24,298 bases of DNA, taken from positions 1 through 24,298 of the IMG/VR virus record IMGVR_UViG_3300029998_000110; one strand, written 5' to 3'. The DNA comes from a virus. Lineage: Duplodnaviria > Caudoviricetes. A program made the position numbers and the translations under genes. The notes beneath the pieces are model-generated. The model was not told the origin of the DNA. It saw only the letters and a list, made by a program, of their open reading frames with translations, and did no database searches. Within the stretch, counting starts at the first letter, position 1, and each line of letters opens with the position of its first letter. Positions 1-7,175 of this stretch are shown here, one piece after another.

Positions 1-324
1 AAACAAGATATTAAATCAGCTTTTTTACAACCAACAATAATTAATAATAAGGTTGAAGAAAATAAAACAACTTCAATGATTAAAATTGAAACTTATGAAT
101 ATAAAATAAATTTTGGAGAAAAACATAAAAATGAAACAATTAAACAAATAATTGAATATGATCCTCAATATATAATGTGGTTAAATGATAATCATATTAA
201 AGGAATTTTTGTTAGTGATGAAATTATGAACGAATGTTTAAGAAAAAAACATACACTTGATAATTCAACACAATTATTTTCAAAGAAAAAATTTGAACCA
301 GAAGAAGATGATTTACCTTTCTAA
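1..324 (+). CDS. 5'-truncated protein ending in an ExoX-like C-terminal (QSregVF_b-like) domain and an SSB-like acidic tail
   Basis: Frame 1 is open from base 1 (KQDIKSAF...), so the ORF-track ATG at 76 may be internal. The motif INFGEKHKNETIKQIIEYDPQYIMWL fits FGKxKG..I.....DP.Y..W, and the protein ends EEDDLPF. Confidence 0.65.
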   Translation, partial: KQDIKSAFLQPTIINNKVEENKTTSMIKIETYEYKINFGEKHKNETIKQIIEYDPQYIMWLNDNHIKGIFVSDEIMNECLRKKHTLDNSTQLFSKKKFEPEEDDLPF

Positions 325-357
325 TTTTCAAGTATAAATAATTTAAAATAATACATT

Positions 358-516
358 ATGATTTGTTTAATAATTTTCATTTGTGCTATTCTTCTAAACA
401 TTGTTAGATGTTTTAAATCAAAAAATACAAGAACAACATTTATAATGCAAATTTGTGTTGTATTATTTATGGTTTATTTTGGAATATTCATGATTCAATG
501 GAATAAATTACCTTAA
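358..516 (+). CDS. Small membrane protein, 52 aa, two predicted TM segments (not in ORF track)
   Basis: Manual translation: MICLIIFICAILLNIVRCFKSKNTRTTFIMQICVVLFMVYFGIFMIQWNKLP*. It has an A-rich leader and fills the gap between genes. Confidence 0.65.
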   Translation: MICLIIFICAILLNIVRCFKSKNTRTTFIMQICVVLFMVYFGIFMIQWNKLP

Positions 517-576
517 ATTTTTTAAAAATACATATTAATAAATAATATAAAATAATTAATAAAATAATATAATATC

Positions 577-876
577 ATGAATTTACAAGCAATTTTCAAA
601 TTAACACTTCAAGCTAAATATAATAATTTTGAAGGAAAAACTTTCAATTGTAAAAAAGTAGTTGAATTAACTCCAGGTGCAAATACAAGTGTTGAAAAAT
701 CAGGTATTGAACTTTTCTTTTCAACCGGACATAATGGAAGAGGTAATACTATTTCAATAACAGCTGTTGATAATGGTTTAGTTGATCTTGAACTTTATGA
801 TAAGGTTAAAGGTTTAAGTGAATTTCCAGGAATAACTGAAGATGAATTAATGTTGAAATTAAAAGAATTGATTTAA
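577..876 (+). CDS. Hypothetical protein
   Basis: 99-aa ORF with an A-rich leader and TAA stop, collinear with neighbours. Confidence 0.75.
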   Translation: MNLQAIFKLTLQAKYNNFEGKTFNCKKVVELTPGANTSVEKSGIELFFSTGHNGRGNTISITAVDNGLVDLELYDKVKGLSEFPGITEDELMLKLKELI

Positions 877-889
877 ATAAAAACATATT

Positions 890-1432
890 ATGATTCAATT
901 AGCATATCATGGTAGTCCTCATAAATTTACTGAATTTTCTTTTAAGAAAATTGGTACTGAAGGTGGTATAAGTGGTGCAGGATTTGGAATATATTTCTCC
1001 ACAAGTAAAGCAGATGCTTTAACTTATGGAGAAAATATTTATACCTGTATGTTACAACTTAAAACAAATGTTGATAATCATAAAGTAACATTTCAACCAC
1101 AAATTCTTAAAGCTATTTTAGATTCATGTGAAGCAAAAAAACGTTCATATTATGAAGTAGAATATTTTAATCATTGTCCAACTGAAGATGAAAAAGAAGA
1201 ATTTATTAAAATGATATTATCTGATTTTAATTCTGATACAGAAATTCTTGCAGATATTATTGATAAATGTTTTCATGGACAATGTGGTGATTTATTAGAA
1301 ATTACTGATAAATATGGATTTAGTCATACTCAGGATTTTGATAGTCCAGATTCACCTGATATTATGCACTATATTGTTTATGATTTAGATGCTATTACGA
1401 TACAAAATATTGAAAATTTAAAAACAATTTAA
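890..1432 (+). CDS. ADP-ribosyltransferase-fold protein (ART-PolyVal-like)
   Basis: N-terminal AYHGSPHKFTEFS..KIGT..G....GFGIYFSTSKADALTYG matches the YHG...F..F.......G.G.YF....A..Y signature; a C-terminal YIVYD strand is also present. Confidence 0.7.
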   Translation: MIQLAYHGSPHKFTEFSFKKIGTEGGISGAGFGIYFSTSKADALTYGENIYTCMLQLKTNVDNHKVTFQPQILKAILDSCEAKKRSYYEVEYFNHCPTEDEKEEFIKMILSDFNSDTEILADIIDKCFHGQCGDLLEITDKYGFSHTQDFDSPDSPDIMHYIVYDLDAITIQNIENLKTI

Positions 1433-1461
1433 ATTCATATATAAATAAAATAATATTTTAT

Positions 1462-1737
1462 ATGACACTTGAAGAAAAAGAACAAGAATTAATTGATAAA
1501 TATATTCCAATACTTATTGTATCTGGTTTTGTTAATCCTATTATTAGATTTGATATAAATTTAACTGAAGGATTTAATGAAGATTCAATAGTTATTAATT
1601 ATTCTTCAATTCAAAAAAATCAAGTTAATTATAATAAAAATTATGTTCAACAAAATATAATACTTCAAATTCAAGGAGATATTATTAATCAAATATATAA
1701 TGAGTTATTTACTTTTTGTACAAATAGGAATTTATAA
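1462..1737 (+). CDS. Hypothetical protein
   Basis: 91-aa ORF, collinear with neighbours. Confidence 0.65.
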   Translation: MTLEEKEQELIDKYIPILIVSGFVNPIIRFDINLTEGFNEDSIVINYSSIQKNQVNYNKNYVQQNIILQIQGDIINQIYNELFTFCTNRNL

Positions 1738-1748
1738 AATAAAATATT

Positions 1749-2453
1749 ATGGATAATTATGAAAATGAATTTTCAGAAGCAATAAAATCTTGGTTAAGTC
1801 AATCAAATTTTATTGATAACATTGTATCAAATGAATTAGGTTTTTTTGAAGAAAGATTAGATACTAATTCTGAATATTTCGATGATAAAGAATTCTTATT
1901 GAAAAATACTTGTAAGGAATTTTTTACAACATTATTTGCACTTTTTTGTGAAGAAAATGATGATCCTTCATTGGCAAATAAATTATTTGCTGATGAAACA
2001 CATTCAGATTTTAAAAAAGAATTTGAAGATAAATTTGAAAAATTAATTTTGCCTACTTTATCAGAAAAATTATTGAAACATTCTGAAGTAATTACACTAA
2101 TTGAAAGTAGTAATTTAAATGTTATTGATTCTTTTGGAGAACAAGATTCACTTGGAGAACAAGATTATTATCAACGTCTTGGTAATGAAGAACAACCTCC
2201 TGTTATTGAAATTGAAGAAATTGAACCAGATGAAAGAGGACGTAAATCAAAATTCAAAAAATATTCGGTAAATTATCAAATTGTTATTGATGGAGAAATT
2301 ATTGAAATTGAAGGAACAATAACAGCTTTAGGTCAACCAAAATTCGATGTTGATACTGATGAAATTCAAGATGCTGATTCATATGATTATTGGGAATCAC
2401 ATTGGGAAGATATTGAAGAACAAATTTTTCAAAAATTTTCAGAAGAATTTTAA
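1749..2453 (+). CDS. Highly acidic hypothetical protein
   Basis: 234-aa, D/E-rich ORF containing a short internal duplication (GEQD twice). Confidence 0.75.
   Translation: MDNYENEFSEAIKSWLSQSNFIDNIVSNELGFFEERLDTNSEYFDDKEFLLKNTCKEFFTTLFALFCEENDDPSLANKLFADETHSDFKKEFEDKFEKLILPTLSEKLLKHSEVITLIESSNLNVIDSFGEQDSLGEQDYYQRLGNEEQPPVIEIEEIEPDERGRKSKFKKYSVNYQIVIDGEIIEIEGTITALGQPKFDVDTDEIQDADSYDYWESHWEDIEEQIFQKFSEEF
2134..2166 (+). repeat. Direct repeat TTGGAGAACAAGATT x2 (period 18, in-frame)
   Basis: Copies at 2134-2148 and 2152-2166. Confidence 0.8.
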
Positions 2454-2465
2454 AAATAGAATTTT

Positions 2466-2906
2466 ATGACAAAATCTGAATTTGAATTAGCCAGGTATAG
2501 TAATAAGTATTTATTGAAAGAGATTTATAAATCATATCTTAAATCAATTGATCCTAAGTTAATAAAACATTTCAAGGATAATTTAGATGAAAAATTTATT
2601 GATGAATTAAGAAAACATGAATCAATTTATGCTTGTTTTAAATATATTCTTGGATTAAATATATCTTTTTTCTTTATTGAAAATTTAAAAGAAATGGGAT
2701 ATGATATTGATGAAGTTTTAGATGATCTTAATGTATACAAATCAAAAGATTATGATCGTTCTATTGGTGTTATTTGGTCTTTACAATATAGAGATTTAAA
2801 AGATTCATTTAATATTTATTGTGAAGATGTTTTCAAGATATTTTCGAAAAGATACCCAACATTAATATTATACATGTGTCAAATTAAATTACATATAAAT
2901 TGGTAA
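2466..2906 (+). CDS. Hypothetical protein, tandem paralog A
   Basis: 146 aa; shares KSID, CFKY, DIDE/QVL and IW motifs with the next ORF. Confidence 0.75.
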   Translation: MTKSEFELARYSNKYLLKEIYKSYLKSIDPKLIKHFKDNLDEKFIDELRKHESIYACFKYILGLNISFFFIENLKEMGYDIDEVLDDLNVYKSKDYDRSIGVIWSLQYRDLKDSFNIYCEDVFKIFSKRYPTLILYMCQIKLHINW

Positions 2907-2919
2907 AAATAAAAATATT

Positions 2920-3358
2920 ATGAATATAAGAGAATTTGAAAAAAAATAAAAATAATGTTGATAATTTATTGATGTTAATTTTTGATGATTATAAAAAATC
3001 AATTGACAAAGATAGTAGTTATTCTTTAGGTGATTCATTAATAACTTATGTTGGTGATTCAGAAAGTTATGTAACAATATTTGAATGTTTTAAATATGCA
3101 TTACAAGAACAATTATCATTTTCATTCACTGATTCAATAAAATATATTAATCTTGATATTGATCAAGTTTTAGGTGAATTAATTGAAATGAATGAAGATG
3201 AATCAACTGGAATTATTATTTGGCAAATGATGGGAGAAGGAGCAAAGTATAATAAATTAATGAAAATATATGATGTTCAATGTGAAGAAATTATTAATAT
3301 TTATCTGAAAAAATTTCCAGAAATATTTTTATCTATGATGAAAATCGAATTACGTTAA
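2920..3358 (+). CDS. Hypothetical protein, tandem paralog B, with an apparent +1 frameshift in an A8 run (2939-2946)
   Basis: ATG at 2920 gives MNIREFEKK*. Removing one A joins it to the 2936..3358 frame and gives a gap-free alignment with the paralog A N-terminus. Confidence 0.65.
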
Positions 3359-3369
3359 TAATATTTTTC

Positions 3370-3400
3370 AATCAATATTTTAAGTAAAAAATGGATATAT
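3370..3400 (+). promoter_or_regulatory. Putative phage promoter AATCAATA-N15-GGATATAT
   Basis: AATCAATA at 3370-3377 and GGATATAT at 3393-3400; the motif recurs six times upstream of genes. Confidence 0.55.
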
Positions 3401-3429
3401 TCTTATATAAAGAGTATATCCATTTTTTA
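3385..3429. terminator. 20-bp hairpin ending in a T-run (terminator-like), overlapping the promoter motif
   Basis: TAAAAAATGGATATATTCTT-ATATA-AAGAGTATATCCATTTTTTA, with one G.T pair. Confidence 0.5.
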
Positions 3430-3441
3430 AATTTAAACCAT

Positions 3442-3798
3442 ATGAGTACTGTTAAACAATTACAAAATAAAATTGAAAATCGATTAAATAAAGTAAGTAC
3501 ATTATTTCAAGAATGTATTGAATTACGGAAACAAAAAAATTTATTAAATGATTATTATGAAATTGAATCTAAATGTCGTTTAGATTATGGTGGCAATACT
3601 TCTAATTTAAAAGGAAAGAAACAAACAGTAATTTTAGGTTATTGTTATTCTCATACAGATGATTTTGTTGATGAAGATAGTGGTGAAGTAGTATCGATAA
3701 AAAGAAGTTTAATTTGTAGTGTTAATGGTGAACCTTGTAATGAACATGGTAAATTATTTGAAAATATGAATTATGGTGAATTAATTAATTGGATTTAA
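3442..3798 (+). CDS. Hypothetical protein containing a Bacteroidota RpoB-like peptide DFVDEDSGEVVSIKR
   Basis: ATG at 3442 is preferred because the ATG at 3391 lies inside the hairpin/promoter. Coiled-coil-like N-terminus; peptide encoded at 3661-3705. Confidence 0.7.
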   Translation: MSTVKQLQNKIENRLNKVSTLFQECIELRKQKNLLNDYYEIESKCRLDYGGNTSNLKGKKQTVILGYCYSHTDDFVDEDSGEVVSIKRSLICSVNGEPCNEHGKLFENMNYGELINWI

Positions 3799-3800
3799 AA

Positions 3801-4106
3801 ATGGGAAAAAATATATCCGAATATCTTGATTTTCAACCTGATGATTTAGGAGTAAGACAAATAGTTGATAAAAGAGATTCAGCAATATTATTAAGTGGTT
3901 CAATTATATATAGAACAACAACAAATAAAGGTACTGGTTTTCAATTATTTTTAAATAAAGATGAATATAATAAAATTAAACAATCAAATTTAAATGGTTT
4001 ATGTCATGTTCATTTTTATGGTGGAAATTATATTTGGTTACCTGAACAATCATATTTAATAATATCAATTTGTGAATATATGGGTTGGATTAATAAAAAC
4101 AAATAA
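3801..4106 (+). CDS. Hypothetical protein
   Basis: ATG at 3801 follows the previous stop closely. Confidence 0.65.
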   Translation: MGKNISEYLDFQPDDLGVRQIVDKRDSAILLSGSIIYRTTTNKGTGFQLFLNKDEYNKIKQSNLNGLCHVHFYGGNYIWLPEQSYLIISICEYMGWINKNK

Positions 4107-4307
4107 ATGAAAAATTTTGATGTTCGACAAGCATCTGGTGATGCAACAAATGGATTTATTGCTTTTCTTAATGGGAAGAAAATTGAAGACAATCCACATA
4201 ATAAAGAAATTCCATATAAAGATTGGTGTGCTGGTTGGAGAAATGCCAAAGATGCAACAAAAGAACAAATAATATATTTTAAATGGATTTATTCAATTAA
4301 TGATTAA
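4107..4307 (+). CDS. Rmf/CrpP-fold small protein
   Basis: GFIAFLNGKKIEDNPH......DWCAGWRNA matches the G..A...G.....(C/N)P(Y/H)......W..GW..A pattern. Confidence 0.6.
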   Translation: MKNFDVRQASGDATNGFIAFLNGKKIEDNPHNKEIPYKDWCAGWRNAKDATKEQIIYFKWIYSIND

Positions 4308-4322
4308 AAATACAAAATAAAA

Positions 4323-5720
4323 ATGGCTATTCAGAAACAAGATTCAGTTGAAATAAAAAAACGTGGAGTTAAATCATTTTTAAATACAGAAGTTAGAGAT
4401 TTTGCAAAATATGTTATTGAAACAAGAGCATGTCCATCAATAATGGATGGATTAAAAGTTGGTGCAAGAAAAATAGTTTGGGCTGCTTTAAATGGAGATT
4501 TAAAAAATCAAGCAAAAGTTAAAATGCCTTCACTTATTGGTGACGTTTTCAAATTACATTATAATCACGGAGATGCTTCATTAGTAAATACTGTTGTGCA
4601 ATTATGTTCAACTCATACATATAAATATGCTCCACTTTCTGTTATTGGACAAATTGGAACATTACGTGTTCCTAAATGTGATACAGCTCCAAGATATTTG
4701 CATGTTAAAAAAACACCTTATATTGATTTTTTTAAAACAGATACTGAATTATTAGAACGTTTAACAGATGATGGAGATTTAGTTGAACCAAAATATTTTT
4801 TACCAATAGTTCCTATTGTATTACTTTGGAGAACAAATTCACCAGGATTTGGATTTTCTTTTCGTTCATTTTCATATGATTTAAATTCGGTTATTGATAA
4901 TTGTGTAAAATCAATTACTCAAGGAACTTGTGAAACAGATATTGATGAAATTCCATTAGTGCCATTTGTTGAAGGAATAAAACAAGAAAATATTATATTT
5001 AATGGAAATAAAAATTCATGGTATAACGTTGGTGAATATGAATTAAATTTAGTTACTGATAATTTAATGGTTACTGATTTACCATTTGATGTTAGTTTTG
5101 AAAATTATGATGAACATTTACATAATCTTATTGAAAAACAATATATCATAAGTTTTACAGATTTAAGTATGGATGGTAAAATTCGTTATAATATTCAATT
5201 TGCTAAAGGAAGATTAAAATTATTGTCATCTGATAAATGGAAATTCTTCACAAATATGAAATTGTTTTCAAAGGTCATGAAAAATACATTAAATTGTATT
5301 GATGCTGACGGTAAAACAATTTTAAATTTTGAAACACCTTATGCTCTTATTGATTGTTTTATTAAAAAACGATTAGTTTTCTATCAGAAAAGAAAAACAA
5401 GAACAATGGAAGTTGTTAGTGCTGATATTATGGATTTATCTAATAAAATTAGGTTCATAAAAATGGTTATTAATGATGAATTAATTATTAATAAAAGAAA
5501 AATTGTTGATATTAAAATTGATCTTGATAAATATAAATTACCATATGATGTTCTTAAAATGAACATTGATAAACTTACTATTGAAGAGATTGAAAAAATG
5601 GAAGATAAACGAGATGAATTAATGACTTATCTTGAATATATCAGAATTACTCCAATAAATGAAATGTATGTTCAGGATTTGATTTTATTTAAAGAAAAAT
5701 TTTCTAAAATCAATAAATAA
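4323..5720 (+). CDS. DNA topoisomerase II, GyrA/ParC-like subunit (T4 gp52-like)
   Basis: Motifs RACPSIMDGLK..ARK, HYNHGDASL, GQIG, catalytic APRY and EPKYFLPIVP. At 465 aa it lacks the GyrA C-terminal pinwheel, like phage gp52. Confidence 0.92.
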   Translation: MAIQKQDSVEIKKRGVKSFLNTEVRDFAKYVIETRACPSIMDGLKVGARKIVWAALNGDLKNQAKVKMPSLIGDVFKLHYNHGDASLVNTVVQLCSTHTYKYAPLSVIGQIGTLRVPKCDTAPRYLHVKKTPYIDFFKTDTELLERLTDDGDLVEPKYFLPIVPIVLLWRTNSPGFGFSFRSFSYDLNSVIDNCVKSITQGTCETDIDEIPLVPFVEGIKQENIIFNGNKNSWYNVGEYELNLVTDNLMVTDLPFDVSFENYDEHLHNLIEKQYIISFTDLSMDGKIRYNIQFAKGRLKLLSSDKWKFFTNMKLFSKVMKNTLNCIDADGKTILNFETPYALIDCFIKKRLVFYQKRKTRTMEVVSADIMDLSNKIRFIKMVINDELIINKRKIVDIKIDLDKYKLPYDVLKMNIDKLTIEEIEKMEDKRDELMTYLEYIRITPINEMYVQDLILFKEKFSKINK

Positions 5721-5745
5721 TAAATATATTTAAAATAGAAAATAT

Positions 5746-7089
5746 ATGCAATCAATACAAAGAATAAATGATTTTTCATTATTGAAATTTGCTGATACAC
5801 AAGTAAATAATGATTTTTGGAAAATTAAATCGGAATTAAATTTAGTTAATAATCAATATCTTATAAATACTGATATTAATAATACTATTTGGTCTGAAGG
5901 ATCTTCAAAATATCAACATATATTGAATAAAACTTTTAGTAGTGTTCCATTATTTATTCCAAATGAAGATAGTATTATTATTAATTCATTAACTACTGAT
6001 GTTCATTTAGTATTAAAACAAAATTATCATTTAGAAACTCCATTGTTTGGAATACATGTTATTATTAAATCATCAAAAACAAATGAAATTTTAATATCGA
6101 AAATTGTTAAACAAGAAGAATTTGTTATTGTTCCTGAAGTACTTATTATTGATGGTTCACATTGGACTGTTGAAACAATATTGCAAATACCAACAACAGA
6201 TGATATTTTAATGTGTCAAATTACAGAAATTTTATTATCCGATACACAATCAGATATAACAAATACTGGACTTATATTAAATTTTCCTTTTGATTTTGTT
6301 GTATTGATTAGTGAAAAACCATTAGATGATAGAATAAAAACAATATTATCTTTTGATGAAAATCAATTCCTTAAAATAGAATTACAAACTAATGAAAATA
6401 AAAGTGTTGAACAATCATTATTAGATTCATTTGAATTGACAACAGCACAAATAGGTATTTCACATATTATTAATTATGGTACAATAACATCAGGATATTT
6501 AAATAATGTTATTAGAATTTCAGATGAAGTAAATAAATATAATTCAATTATTCTTGGATTAAATTTATTATCATTATTTACACAATATCCTAATGAACCT
6601 GTATATATTTTTGTTTCAACTGAAATTTTAATTGATGGAAAATTAGTAAAAAGAGATGCTCAAATACAAACAACATCATTAATTGTTAATCCATTAATTC
6701 AAGCACAGATTGGTGAAATAATTTCAAACAGAACTGATTATCCTGTTCAAGTTATTCAACAAAATAATGTTACAAATACTATTATTGAAGCTAAAAAAGA
6801 AACAAAAATAGTTTCAATACTTCAACCAATATTTATGGATTTTGTTAAAGATGATATTATTTTTGAACCAAAAAATATTTATTTTAATAATGTTACAAAA
6901 CAAACTTATTTGAAATTTATTGCTATTAATAATGATTCAGAACAAGTACAATTAAGTAAAATTACTTCTGATGGAAAATATTATTTTGATCTATCTGAAT
7001 TTAATACAATTTCAATTAACACTACTTATGAATTATGGAATGCAAATTCACTTAATTTAATTGGAAAAGGAAATGTTTTACTAAAATAA
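5746..7089 (+). CDS. Hypothetical protein, possibly virion structural
   Basis: 447 aa, I/N/T/S/Q-rich and beta-like; the functional guess rests on composition only. Confidence 0.7.
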   Translation: MQSIQRINDFSLLKFADTQVNNDFWKIKSELNLVNNQYLINTDINNTIWSEGSSKYQHILNKTFSSVPLFIPNEDSIIINSLTTDVHLVLKQNYHLETPLFGIHVIIKSSKTNEILISKIVKQEEFVIVPEVLIIDGSHWTVETILQIPTTDDILMCQITEILLSDTQSDITNTGLILNFPFDFVVLISEKPLDDRIKTILSFDENQFLKIELQTNENKSVEQSLLDSFELTTAQIGISHIINYGTITSGYLNNVIRISDEVNKYNSIILGLNLLSLFTQYPNEPVYIFVSTEILIDGKLVKRDAQIQTTSLIVNPLIQAQIGEIISNRTDYPVQVIQQNNVTNTIIEAKKETKIVSILQPIFMDFVKDDIIFEPKNIYFNNVTKQTYLKFIAINNDSEQVQLSKITSDGKYYFDLSEFNTISINTTYELWNANSLNLIGKGNVLLK

Positions 7090-7103
7090 ATAAACAAAAA
7101 ATC

Positions 7104-7134
7104 ACTCAATATAATTGCAAAAAACAGGATATAT
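7104..7134 (+). promoter_or_regulatory. Putative phage promoter ACTCAATA-N15-GGATATAT
   Basis: Same spacing as the other copies; lies upstream of the primase-helicase gene. Confidence 0.55.
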
Positions 7135-7159
7135 TTTATATGTATTCTGTTTTTTTTTT
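7119..7159 (+). terminator. Intrinsic terminator-like hairpin with T10 run
   Basis: AAAAAACAGGATATAT-TTTAT-ATGTATTCTGTTTTTT with two G.T pairs; T-run at 7150-7159. Confidence 0.55.
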
Positions 7160-7175
7160 CTTTTAAACAAAAATT

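Noticed and set aside
358-516. Holin
   Set aside because: Two TM segments fit, but there is no adjacent endolysin or spanin and no charged C-terminal tail.
3391-3441. ORF-track start at 3391
   Set aside because: The ATG lies inside the hairpin/promoter element; ATG 3442 has a normal leader.
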